Positions 10,598 to 19,931 of a stretch of 64,000 bases of DNA are shown one piece after another; position 1 is the first letter of the stretch, and every line of letters starts with the position of its first letter. The notes under the pieces are model-generated. The model did not search any database. It was not told where the DNA came from and saw only the letters and a program-made list of their open reading frames with translations. The DNA is taken from the NCBI GenBank assembly GCA_963693095.2, contig OY843768.1, positions 1,408,001 through 1,472,000 on the forward strand, read 5' to 3'. This DNA comes from Cenarchaeum sp. (GTDB lineage: Archaea > Thermoproteota > Nitrososphaeria > Nitrososphaerales > Nitrosopumilaceae). A program made the position numbers and the translations under genes.

Positions 10598-12591
10598 GCC
10601 GCTTCTGTGTCAGCGGCAGGCTTGCGTCGGCGCGCGACGCTCGCTATGCTGTGCCGCGCCTCGATGAGCGGCAGGCCGATGATAAAGAACGATGCAATTG
10701 ACACCCATGCGACAGCAATGCCGACCCACAGGTGGTAGAACGCAATGTCAAAGACATATCCCGAAAAGAACAGCGGGAGTGGCCATCCGACGATTAGGAC
10801 GAGCGTCATTATGCCGCCGCCCTTTAGGCTAAACTTGAACGCGCGGTTTAGCGAGGCCTCGTCTTGCTCGAGTGATTTCTCGTGTGCGGCGATCTCCTCT
10901 TTTGACATGTCGACGAGCTTTATCTTTTCGCGTATCGATGACCACTCAAAGTCCGTCTTGCGCACGAGGCTCCCGATTATGGCTATTGCGCCTCCCGTGA
11001 GTATGCCCGCAATGTTGCCAAACAGCATCGAATAGTTGTGGCCCAGGCTGTCAAGGGAGACCACGCCGCCATAGTCTGGCAGCGACGAGGCCACGCCCAC
11101 CCATGTCGTGAGCGCCACGGCAAGACCCGCTATGGCACCGGCCGTGGCGGCGTACTTGTTTGTGCGCTTCCAAGTTATCGTCAGGGCTATCGGTATGACC
11201 GCCGAGCCGATCAGGACGCCCATCGCAAGGTAGACGAAGCCCAGGCTCAGGCCCATCCCGAGGAGAATGACGGCCAGGCCGCCCATTCCGATCCCAAATC
11301 CGACTATGGCCGCCCGCGAGACGCGCAATAGCTGCTTGCCTGTGGCGTTGGGGTTCTTGTACGTGCGGTACACGTCATACGTGATGAGCGACGAGACGGC
11401 GATCAGCTCGGCCGAGCCGGCTGACGTGACTGCCATAAAGAGCATCGTGAGAACCATGATCGCGCCGACCTCGCCCATGAGCACAGAGGCTGCCGCCGGC
11501 ACCGTGAGGCCGAGCTGGACCTGCTCGGGCGTGAGGTCGACACCAAGCGCGACGGCAGTGAGCCCCATCGTTGTTGCGAGTGTAAACGGTATTGCAAACC
11601 AGCACAGGCCGCCGAGGAGGAACCCCTTGACAGTCGAGCGCGGCTGCGCGGCGATCGCGCGCTGCCAGTAGGCCTGATCCACAAAGACTGTCCCAAAGTT
11701 TCCGACAATGTTGATTATTCCGAATATGAGACCGCCGACTGAGGCCATCGTGAGGTACATGCCTGCGGCGTTGCCCTCGACGGGGCGAAGCTGTGCGGCC
11801 TCGACTAGCTTGTCGTACATTCCCTCAATGCCGCCAGTGATTGGGCTCACAAAGTACACCGTGCCGACAAATATGAGTATGACGATAAATATGATAATCG
11901 TGTGCATATAGTCGGCGATAAACGTGGCCTTTAGCCCACCGACGAGCGTATAGATCATCACTCCTATAGGAATTAAAAATGCTGCAAGCGATATGTTCAT
12001 GCCAGTGAGGCCGTTGACGACTGCGGCGCCGCCGAGAAGGAGCATTGCGGTGACGATCATGTTGGTCATTAGCGCAAACACGAGAAAGACCCTGTGAGCG
12101 CCGTCGCCAAAGCGCGCGCGTATAATCTCGAGGAAAGTGTGCGCGTTGGGGGCCTTGCGCTTTAGCTCGATTGCGAGTATTCCAAAGAGGAGAACCTGGA
12201 TTGATGCGCCGGCCGCATACCAGAACGGACCGCTAACGCCATACTGGTACGCAACAGTTGATGACTGGAGGAGCGTCGCTGCCCATGTCCATGCCGACAC
12301 GATCGCTGCGGCCGTGAGGCCGGTCTTTATGACGCGGCCTGCCGTGTTGAACCACTCAGAGGTCTGCTTTACGCCGAGGTACTTTTCCTCGACCTTTATC
12401 TCCAGCGATATGACAACTGCAAAGACCGCACCGAGGCCAACTACGATAAACCAGCCGACTGACTCGTCGAGAACCTCGCCGATCTTGAACTCGCCCTCAA
12501 TGACGCCGGCTCCATAGGCTTCGCCGACACCGAGCGCGACGGCCGCAAGGGCGGCAATCGAGATTGTTGCAAGGCGGACCAGTCTTTGCAC
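10594..12591 (-). CDS. dur3: urea active transporter DUR3 (sodium:solute symporter family)
   Basis: SAWTWAATLLQSS, GNFGTVFVDQAYWQRAIAA, many TM helices; adjacent to urease; GTG start inferred ~25 bp from a TATA-like element. Confidence 0.93.
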   Translation of the reverse strand: MQRLVRLATISIAALAAVALGVGEAYGAGVIEGEFKIGEVLDESVGWFIVVGLGAVFAVVISLEIKVEEKYLGVKQTSEWFNTAGRVIKTGLTAAAIVSAWTWAATLLQSSTVAYQYGVSGPFWYAAGASIQVLLFGILAIELKRKAPNAHTFLEIIRARFGDGAHRVFLVFALMTNMIVTAMLLLGGAAVVNGLTGMNISLAAFLIPIGVMIYTLVGGLKATFIADYMHTIIIFIVILIFVGTVYFVSPITGGIEGMYDKLVEAAQLRPVEGNAAGMYLTMASVGGLIFGIINIVGNFGTVFVDQAYWQRAIAAQPRSTVKGFLLGGLCWFAIPFTLATTMGLTAVALGVDLTPEQVQLGLTVPAAASVLMGEVGAIMVLTMLFMAVTSAGSAELIAVSSLITYDVYRTYKNPNATGKQLLRVSRAAIVGFGIGMGGLAVILLGMGLSLGFVYLAMGVLIGSAVIPIALTITWKRTNKYAATAGAIAGLAVALTTWVGVASSLPDYGGVVSLDSLGHNYSMLFGNIAGILTGGAIAIIGSLVRKTDFEWSSIREKIKLVDMSKEEIAAHEKSLEQDEASLNRAFKFSLKGGGIMTLVLIVGWPLPLFFSGYVFDIAFYHLWVGIAVAWVSIASFFIIGLPLIEARHSIASVARRRKPAADTEAA

Positions 12592-12678
12592 TGTTATAGG
12601 GACGGCACGCTTGGCTATAAGCATTATAGATATGGTTATAAGGATGATTGGACATATTGGGCCGACGCGCAGCCCACC

Positions 12679-14388
12679 CTAGAACAGGCTATAGAGGCGT
12701 CCGAGCGGCACGCTTCGCGCAGGCTCGGCAGTCGCAATCTGGCCATCGACGCGCACCTTGTACGTCTCGGCGTTGACCTCGATCTTTGGCGTCAACGAGT
12801 TGTGGACCATGTCGGCCTTGCCTATCTTGCGGCAGTTGGAGACTGGAACCATCCTCTTTTTCGTGCCAAGCCTTGACTGGAGGCCAGATTCGTGGGCCTC
12901 AGCGGACACAAAGGCCAGCGACGTGGAGCCCCTCGCGCCGCCGAACGCACCGAACATTGGGCGGTACCTCACCGGCTCGGTGTTGGGTATCGACGCGTTG
13001 GGATCCCCCATGAGCGAATATGCGATGAGCCCGCCCTTTATGACAAGCCTTGGCCGGATGCCAAAGAACTGCGGTGACCACATGACAATGTCGGCAAGCT
13101 TGCCGCGCTCCAGTGAACCCACGTATGAGGAGATGCCATGCGCAATTGCGGGATTGATCGTTATCTTTGCGAGATAGCGCATTATGCGCGCATTGTCGGC
13201 GTTGCCGTCGCCGGCCAGGGGGCCGGTCGCATCCTTCATCTTGGATGCCGTCTGCCAGTTTCGCACCGTCACCTCGCCGACTCTGCCCATGGCCTGGCTG
13301 TCTGAGGACATCATGCTTATTGCGCCAATGTCATGGAGAACGTCTTCGGCTGCAATCGTCTCGCCACGTATGCGCGACTCGGCAAACGCGACATCCTCGA
13401 CCACTGACGGGTTGAGGTGGTGGCAGACCATCATCATGTCAAGGTGTTCGGCGAGCGTGTTTACGGTAAACGGTCGCGTTGGGTTTGTCGAGGACGGCAG
13501 GACATTGGGCTCACCGGCGATCTTTATGATGTCAGGCGCATGGCCCCCGCCTGCCCCCTCCGTGTGGTACGTGTGTATGGTGCGGCCAGCAATGGCAGCT
13601 ATTGTGTCATCGACATAGCCGCACTCGTTTAGCGTGTCCGTGTGGATCGCGACTTGCACGTCTGCCCTGTCCGCAACGCGCAGTGCCGCATCAATGGTAG
13701 CCGGAGTCGTGCCCCAGTCCTCATGGAGCTTTAGGCCGCACGCGCCGGCCCGCACCTGTGCCATGAGCGTCTCCTCGCGCGAGTCGTTGCCCTTTGCGAG
13801 AAACCCGACATTCACTGGGAGCGCATCGGCGGCCTCTAGCATCCTGTGTATGTTCCACTCGCCCGGCGTGCACGTTGTGGCGCACGTCCCGTCAGCCGGT
13901 CCGGTCCCCCCGCCGATCATCGTCGTGGTGCCGGCGCATATTGCGTGCGTGGCCTGCTGCGGCGAGACAAAGTGGATGTGGCTGTCTATAGTGCCCGGCG
14001 TGCAGATCGCATGCTCGCCGGCGATGACCTCCGTGCTAGAGGAGACGACCATGTCAATGCCGTCCATCGTTCCTGGATTGCCCGCGTTTCCGACGCCGGC
14101 GATCAGGCCGTCCTTTATCCCAATGTCTGCCTTTATGATCCCGAGGACGGGATCCATCACGATCGCGTTCGTTATGACGAGGTCAAGGGATCCCTCGCGC
14201 GGCGCGCCGCTTGCCTGGCCCATGCCATCACGCGCGCTCTTGCCGCCCCCAAAGACAATCTCGTCGCCGTGGCGCAGCAGGTCACGCTCGACGCCGGCGA
14301 TGAGCGACGTGTCAGCAAGCCTTATTCTGTCGCCGACTGTCGGCCCATAGAGGTCAACGTACCTGTTGCGCGCAATCTCAAGTGTCAT
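12679..14388 (-). CDS. ureC: urease subunit alpha
   Basis: [48 protein letters not shown]. Confidence 0.98.
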   Translation of the reverse strand: MTLEIARNRYVDLYGPTVGDRIRLADTSLIAGVERDLLRHGDEIVFGGGKSARDGMGQASGAPREGSLDLVITNAIVMDPVLGIIKADIGIKDGLIAGVGNAGNPGTMDGIDMVVSSSTEVIAGEHAICTPGTIDSHIHFVSPQQATHAICAGTTTMIGGGTGPADGTCATTCTPGEWNIHRMLEAADALPVNVGFLAKGNDSREETLMAQVRAGACGLKLHEDWGTTPATIDAALRVADRADVQVAIHTDTLNECGYVDDTIAAIAGRTIHTYHTEGAGGGHAPDIIKIAGEPNVLPSSTNPTRPFTVNTLAEHLDMMMVCHHLNPSVVEDVAFAESRIRGETIAAEDVLHDIGAISMMSSDSQAMGRVGEVTVRNWQTASKMKDATGPLAGDGNADNARIMRYLAKITINPAIAHGISSYVGSLERGKLADIVMWSPQFFGIRPRLVIKGGLIAYSLMGDPNASIPNTEPVRYRPMFGAFGGARGSTSLAFVSAEAHESGLQSRLGTKKRMVPVSNCRKIGKADMVHNSLTPKIEVNAETYKVRVDGQIATAEPARSVPLGRLYSLF

Positions 14389-14752
14389 GTGCCATGCCCC
14401 CAAATCCTGACGCGCTGGCGCGCTGCATTGCCTCCTCGCGCCGCTCCTCAAGGTCGCCGTTGACGAGTCCAGAGAACCCCCAGACGTTGCGCGTGCCCCC
14501 ATACTCGACGAGCTCGACTTCGATCGTCTCACCGGGCTCAAATCGAACCGACGTGCCGGCAGGAATGTTCAGGTGCATGCCGTATGCGTCAGGACGCGCA
14601 AACACGAGTGCCTTGTTTGCCTCAAAAATGTGCGCGTGCGAGCCGACCTGTATGGGGCGATCACCGGAGTTTGTGACGGCCATGCGCGCCGTTCTCCTTG
14701 ACTCGTTGGCAAGTATTGGCCCGTCAGACAGAATGTACTCTCCAGGTATCAT
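14378..14752 (-). CDS. ureB: urease subunit beta
   Basis: [30 protein letters not shown]. Confidence 0.97.
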   Translation of the reverse strand: MIPGEYILSDGPILANESRRTARMAVTNSGDRPIQVGSHAHIFEANKALVFARPDAYGMHLNIPAGTSVRFEPGETIEVELVEYGGTRNVWGFSGLVNGDLEERREEAMQRASASGFGGMAHDT

Positions 14753-14759
14753 GCGCGCA

Positions 14760-15062
14760 TCACACCACCGGATCGTGAACGCTCACGAGCTTTGTGCCGT
14801 CCTCAAACGTGGCCTCCACGTGGACTGACCGTATAAGCTCGGGCACTCCCGGAAGGACGTCATCGCGCGAGAGGACGTGCCTTGCCGAGCTCACCAGCTC
14901 TGGAACGCTCCGGCCATCGCGTGCGCCCTCGAGTATGTGATCCGATATCAGCGCGACGGCCTCGGGGTGGTTGAGGCGCAGTCCGCGCGCCTTGCGGCGC
15001 ATGGCAAGCTGCGCTGCCATGAAGACGTGGAGCTTGTCCTCGTCCCTCGGCGTGAGCATCAT
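14760..15062 (-). CDS. ureA: urease subunit gamma
   Basis: [37 protein letters not shown]. Confidence 0.97.
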   Translation of the reverse strand: MMLTPRDEDKLHVFMAAQLAMRRKARGLRLNHPEAVALISDHILEGARDGRSVPELVSSARHVLSRDDVLPGVPELIRSVHVEATFEDGTKLVSVHDPVV

Positions 15063-15080
15063 GGGCGGCGCGCAGGCGCC

Positions 15081-15098
15081 AATCTATTTTAATAGTTC
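15081..15098. promoter_or_regulatory. shared AT-rich TATA region of divergent ureA / ureE
   Basis: AATCTATTTTAATAGTTC in a 60-bp gap, roughly 20-35 bp from both start codons. Confidence 0.55.
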
Positions 15099-15122
15099 GG
15101 ACCCGTGCGCAGGCGTGTCGCG

Positions 15123-15590
15123 ATGGTCGAGGAGTGGACGATAGAGCGCAATGCGGGAGCCGACCCACACGACGGTGACGGCGGGCTAGAGAGGCTAGTC
15201 CTCACGCGAACCGAGCTTGCGCGCTCTCGCGTGAGAAGGACGGCGGCGCGCGGGACAGACGTTGCCATATCCCTCAGGGCAGGCTCCCACCTCCACCGTG
15301 GCGACGTTCTTGCGTGCTGCGGCAGACGTGTCCTCGTCGAACAGTCCCCCGAGAGCGTCATTGCGGCAAGGATTCCGGCAGGGGCCGGTGCGGGGGTCCT
15401 GATGGGCCACATTATAGGCAACATGCACCGGCCAATATCGATAGACGGCTCGACTGTGCGCTTTCCGATACAGGCCGACTCGGAGCTCGAGACGTTTGGG
15501 CGCCTCCTCGGCGCAGTCGAAGGCGTGGAGATGGCAGTCGAGGAGACAGTCTTTGAGCCGCACGCGGGGGCAGACACGCATGGGCACTGA
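15123..15590 (+). CDS. ureE: urease accessory protein UreE
   Basis: LHRGDVL, GHIIGNMHRPI, FEPHAGADTHGH tail. Confidence 0.88.
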   Translation: MVEEWTIERNAGADPHDGDGGLERLVLTRTELARSRVRRTAARGTDVAISLRAGSHLHRGDVLACCGRRVLVEQSPESVIAARIPAGAGAGVLMGHIIGNMHRPISIDGSTVRFPIQADSELETFGRLLGAVEGVEMAVEETVFEPHAGADTHGH

Positions 15591-16278
15591 GGCGCACATT
15601 GAGGACCTTGCCCTCCTCCAGGTGTCTGACTCGTTCTTTCCGGCAGGCCTCTATGCAACATCAAGCGGGCTAGAGACGTTAGTTGCGCGCGGCGATGTCT
15701 CCGGGCGCGAGGCCCTAGAGGCAGTCGTGCGCCTGCAGATCGCCCAGCAGGTTGGCCCCTCGGACTGTGTGGCCACGATCGAGGCGCACCGCCTCGCCAG
15801 GGCCGGCGGCGCAGAGGCCGTGCGCGAGACTGACATGATGGCCATGGCACTAAAGCCGGCCAGGGAGGCCAGGGAAGCGTCGGCAAGATCCGGCGCGCAG
15901 ACCCTGCGCGCCGCACGCGAGATGTGCGATGACGTCGTGCTTGGGCGCTACTCGGAGATGGTTCGCCTAGCCGAGACGCCGGGGTCATATCCCGTGGCAC
16001 TCGGCGTGTCATGCCTTGCGCTAGGCATTGGTGCGCCAAGGGCCGCGCTCTCGCTCCTCTATGGGTTCTCTGTGAGCGTCGTTGGCGCAGCACTGCGCCT
16101 TGGGATCATAGATCACCTCGAGGGCCAGCGCACGCTCGGGGCGCTGCGACCAGACATTGCGCGTGCCGTGAAGCGCGCGAGTGCGATGCGGACAGGGGAC
16201 ATGTGGCAGTTCACGCCGCACCTTGACATATGCCAGATGGACCACGAGAGGGCCGAGACGAGGATGTTTGCGACATGA
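15580..16278 (+). CDS. ureF: urease accessory protein UreF
   Basis: LQVSDSFFPAGLYATSSGLE, HERAETRMFAT. Confidence 0.92.
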   Translation: MGTEAHIEDLALLQVSDSFFPAGLYATSSGLETLVARGDVSGREALEAVVRLQIAQQVGPSDCVATIEAHRLARAGGAEAVRETDMMAMALKPAREAREASARSGAQTLRAAREMCDDVVLGRYSEMVRLAETPGSYPVALGVSCLALGIGAPRAALSLLYGFSVSVVGAALRLGIIDHLEGQRTLGALRPDIARAVKRASAMRTGDMWQFTPHLDICQMDHERAETRMFAT

Positions 16279-16925
16279 GCGAGACCCGCAGGATTGCGCG
16301 CGTCGGGATTGGCGGGCCGGTCGGCTCGGGCAAGAGCATGCTAATCGAGCGCGTCGTTCCCATCCTGGCGCGCCGTGGATACAGCGTGAGTATCATATCA
16401 AATGACGTCATATCAAAGGAGGATGCCGACCGCATGCGCGAGAACCTCGCCACGAGGCGCGGCCTCTTGCCCGAGAACCTCGTCATTGGGCTCGCCACGG
16501 GCGGCTGCCCGCACACTGCGGTCCGCGAGGACCCCTCGATGAACCTCGCCGTAATCGAGGGCCTAGAGCGCGACCACCCCGGCCTTGACCTGATAATAAT
16601 AGAGAGCGGCGGCGACAACATAACGACGACGTTCAGCCCGATACTTGCGGACTATTTCATATACATTATCGACGTTGCCGGCGGCGACAAGTATCCCAGA
16701 AAGGGCGGACTCGGCATAGAGACATGCGACCTGCTCGTGATCAACAAGGTTGACCTTGCCGCCGGCGTTCACGCCGATCTCGACGTCATGCGCGCAGACG
16801 CCAAAAGGACGAGGGGGTCGAGGCCGTTCATATTCACAAACTGCATGACTGATGAGGGCATAGCCGACGTCGCCGACAGGATAGTCTCTGATGTCCTCTT
16901 TGATGCGCCGCCGGGGGCGCAGTAG
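16275..16925 (+). CDS. ureG: urease accessory GTPase UreG
   Basis: GGPVGSGKS, TGGCPHTAVRED, ESGGDN, NKVD. Confidence 0.96.
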   Translation: MSETRRIARVGIGGPVGSGKSMLIERVVPILARRGYSVSIISNDVISKEDADRMRENLATRRGLLPENLVIGLATGGCPHTAVREDPSMNLAVIEGLERDHPGLDLIIIESGGDNITTTFSPILADYFIYIIDVAGGDKYPRKGGLGIETCDLLVINKVDLAAGVHADLDVMRADAKRTRGSRPFIFTNCMTDEGIADVADRIVSDVLFDAPPGAQ

Positions 16926-16926
16926 C

Positions 16927-17760
16927 GTGGGGCACACCGCAGCATGCGCGGGCCTCCTCGCCGTCTCCCTTGAGCGCCGGCACGGGGGGCGGACCGTCAT
17001 TGCCTCGCAGGAGAGCCGCGCGCCGCTCCTCTCGCAGCGCGCAGTCTATGCCGATGCGCAGTTTGGCGGGCTCGCAAGCGTGTGCATGATGTCATCATCT
17101 GGCGGCATCGTGCAGGGAGATGCGCACACGACTCGAATAGCGCTGGGGGCCGGTGCGCAGGCCCGCATCACGGCCCAGGGGGCGACTCGCGTCTATGGCA
17201 TGGACTCGGGCAGCGCGACGCACAGCGTGGGCGTGAGCGTCGGCGAGGGAGCATACCTCGAGATGCTGCCCGGCCAGCTCATCCCGTATGCGCACTCGCG
17301 CTATGCGCAGTCCACCGAGTGCGTCATCGACGACTCGGCGACTGTCATCTGCTCGGAGATAGTCACGCCGGGGCGCGTTGCCATGGGCGAGTCGTTCATG
17401 TATGACACGTGCCACCTGTCCATGGCAGTGCGCAGCCAGGACGGCCGCCTCCGCCTAGCTGATGCGGCGCGCCTCGAGCCGCGCGAGGGCGACATTGCCA
17501 GGGTCGGCGCGCTAGGCGACAAGACCGTGGCAGGCAGCGCATACATACTCGCAGCCGAACCGCTCGCCGCAGAGATGTGCGAGTCCATAGCCGGCATGCG
17601 CATCGCAGAAGGCGTCTCGTGCGGCGCGAGTCCCATCCATGGTGGCGACGGCCTCACCGTGCGTATGCTCGCAGACAGGCCCGAAGACATTGCGCGCACG
17701 ATACGCGACATTGCATCCACGCTTCGCCGTCTTGCGCTATGCGAACCGACTAGCCCATGA
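16927..17760 (+). CDS. ureD: urease accessory protein UreD/UreH
   Basis: SGGIVQGD, ITAQGATRVY, EIVTPGRVAMGESF. Confidence 0.9.
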   Translation: MGHTAACAGLLAVSLERRHGGRTVIASQESRAPLLSQRAVYADAQFGGLASVCMMSSSGGIVQGDAHTTRIALGAGAQARITAQGATRVYGMDSGSATHSVGVSVGEGAYLEMLPGQLIPYAHSRYAQSTECVIDDSATVICSEIVTPGRVAMGESFMYDTCHLSMAVRSQDGRLRLADAARLEPREGDIARVGALGDKTVAGSAYILAAEPLAAEMCESIAGMRIAEGVSCGASPIHGGDGLTVRMLADRPEDIARTIRDIASTLRRLALCEPTSP

Positions 17761-18109
17761 CGATGCGGTCACCAGAGACTGACATGACAGAGCCTCCGGC
17801 GTTGCGGACCGCGCGCTTTAGCGCCCTGTCCATCGTCGCGACGATCCCGCCGTTGCGGCGCACGTGCCCGACTATTGCCGCATCCGCATATTGATCCCCT
17901 CCGAGGTCGACTGTCCTGCGCGAGGCCATTGCCTCAAGTGCGCGTGCTGCGCCGTGGCTCGAGTCACGCAGCCGGCGCAGCTCGGCGACTACGGCGTCGG
18001 GGACGACAAATGAGACATCGCCGATCTCCTCGGTGAGCGAGTCGATGTTGAGTATGCGCACGCTGTGGATGTGGACCAAAAAGCTCGTGTCGCAGAGAAC
18101 GTCAGCCAA
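17750..18109 (-). CDS. PIN-domain protein (Utp24/Fcf1-like)
   Basis: VLCDTSFL, VVAELRRL, ADAAI, IVATMDRAL; follows eIF2-gamma as is usual in archaea. Confidence 0.85.
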   Translation of the reverse strand: MADVLCDTSFLVHIHSVRILNIDSLTEEIGDVSFVVPDAVVAELRRLRDSSHGAARALEAMASRRTVDLGGDQYADAAIVGHVRRNGGIVATMDRALKRAVRNAGGSVMSVSGDRIVMG

Positions 18110-19385
18110 CCGCGCCAGCACCTATGAGGCGCCACCTGTCGGCCATCTTGCGGCTGATCGCGACACTGCGGCCCCCAAGGAGGCAGACGCTCCGGCGAAA
18201 CTCCACGGTGACGCGGTTGCCCTTGGCCGACTTTGCCTGGCACAGGGCCGGTGCGGTCCCAACGCTCAGGCGCAGCATCTCGCCGGCCTTTATCGGGGAG
18301 ATCTTTGTGTCAGTCTCGCCGACTGCCGCATCAAAGAGGCTCACCTCCATCGTCGCACCCGAGACGTTCTCCGGAAGCGAGCCGGGCGCACCGATGACCG
18401 AGCCAGTCAGGCTGTCGCCGGCCGTCATTGCCGGATCGAGCCTCGTGCCTATGGCCACGAGGCCCCCTGGCCTGACCTCCTCGACGCGCCCCGCACCGGT
18501 CCCGAGCGAGACTATCGTAGTCGTGAGCGGGTCGTGGCGGCCCTTGCGCTCGTCTAGCACGCCTGGCCGAATCTCGATCTCGTCGCCGACGTGCAGCGAG
18601 CCCTGCGTGAGGCTGCCGCCGATGACGCCGCCGGAGATTCCGCCAATGTCAGTGCCCGGCCTGTTGACGTCAAATGAGCGCAGGACGTGCATTATGGGCT
18701 TCTCAGATGGGTCGCGCTCTGGCGTGGGGATCGTCTCGTCGATCGAGGCGATGAGCGCATTTGTGTTGAGCGAGGACTGGGCAGACACGGGGAGTATCGG
18801 CGCAGACTCCCTCCCGCTGCCCTTGAGGAACGCGGCTATGGCGTCATGGTTCTCGATGGCCTGCTCGTACGTGAGGAGGTCGACCTTGTTCTGGACCACG
18901 ACGATCTGCTTTATGCCGAGTATGTCAAGTGCCAAGAGGTGCTCCTCGGTCTGGAGCTGCGGAACCTTTTGGTTGGCCGCAACGACGAGGAGTGATCCGT
19001 CCATGAGCGCTGCGCCGGAGAGCATATTTGCCATGAGGCTCTCGTGGCCGGGGCTGTCGACAAAGCTCACGACGCGCGAGAGCTCGGACTCGGAGCCGCA
19101 CTCGGGGCACTTTGGCGACGTCGAGTGGCCAAGCGGTGGCTCACACGATGCGCATTTGTAGAATGCCGCATCCGTATAGCCGACGCGTATTGTGATTCCG
19201 CGGCGCAGCTCCTGGCTGTGAACGCTCGTCCAGCGGCCCGTGAGCGACTGGATTAGCGTGGTCTTGCCATGGTCGACGTGGCCTGCAGTCCCAATGTTGA
19301 CGCACGGCTGCCTTCCGTGCTTTTTGACGTACCAGTCAGGAAGCGTGTCGTTCCAGCTCAACGAGGCCGGATCGCGCGCGTTCAT
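18102..19385 (-). CDS. eif2g: translation initiation factor aIF2 subunit gamma
   Basis: GHVDHGKTT, RGITIRVGY, zinc knuckle, DSPGHE, QNKVD, RWRLIGAG. Confidence 0.97.
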   Translation of the reverse strand: MNARDPASLSWNDTLPDWYVKKHGRQPCVNIGTAGHVDHGKTTLIQSLTGRWTSVHSQELRRGITIRVGYTDAAFYKCASCEPPLGHSTSPKCPECGSESELSRVVSFVDSPGHESLMANMLSGAALMDGSLLVVAANQKVPQLQTEEHLLALDILGIKQIVVVQNKVDLLTYEQAIENHDAIAAFLKGSGRESAPILPVSAQSSLNTNALIASIDETIPTPERDPSEKPIMHVLRSFDVNRPGTDIGGISGGVIGGSLTQGSLHVGDEIEIRPGVLDERKGRHDPLTTTIVSLGTGAGRVEEVRPGGLVAIGTRLDPAMTAGDSLTGSVIGAPGSLPENVSGATMEVSLFDAAVGETDTKISPIKAGEMLRLSVGTAPALCQAKSAKGNRVTVEFRRSVCLLGGRSVAISRKMADRWRLIGAGAVG

Positions 19386-19388
19386 ATG

Positions 19389-19862
19389 CTAAGCTTTTTG
19401 CTCTTTGGGGCCGTCTGCGGCTCCCGCACCCACGTCGTCCTTTGCCGACTTCGCTGGCGCATCGCCGGAGCCCTCGCCGGCGCTATCTCCAGGGCTGTCT
19501 CCTGCGGCCTTTGGATCCTCAAGCTTGCCGTCATACAGGCAGTTAACCTGAAAGACCTCCTCGGTTATCTCGCGCCCTCGCACGAGCTTGCGCACGCGCT
19601 CGCCGCGCCCCGCATGCGGAAGGCCGACGCCCCGCGACAGCATGACGTACTTGCGCGAGCCGCCATGGACGTCACCGCGCATGGGAACGCCAGACTTGTC
19701 GCTGCCTCCTGTTATCGTGATCTTGCCGACAAGGCCGGCTGCGGCCGCGTCGAGCTCCGTGCCGATGGCAGCCCCTATGAGCTGGTTGGCCTCGGCATCC
19801 TTTAGCTCGTGGGTCGTCGAGCGTCCCCGCGTGTCCGATATGGCAAGTTTGAATGTCGCCAA
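19389..19862 (-). CDS. rps6e: 30S ribosomal protein S6e with an acidic C-terminal tail
   Basis: ITGGSDKSGVPMR, GERVRKLVRG. Confidence 0.95.
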   Translation of the reverse strand: MATFKLAISDTRGRSTTHELKDAEANQLIGAAIGTELDAAAAGLVGKITITGGSDKSGVPMRGDVHGGSRKYVMLSRGVGLPHAGRGERVRKLVRGREITEEVFQVNCLYDGKLEDPKAAGDSPGDSAGEGSGDAPAKSAKDDVGAGAADGPKEQKA

Positions 19863-19931
19863 GTGCGCACGGCGCGCGCGCCTTGGTTAATTAACCTTGT
19901 GAGCGTGACGGGCCAGCCGGCGCGCGCACGC

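Noticed and set aside
12679-17760. Urease cluster as a novelty
   Set aside because: Urease plus DUR3 is well known in ammonia-oxidising archaea
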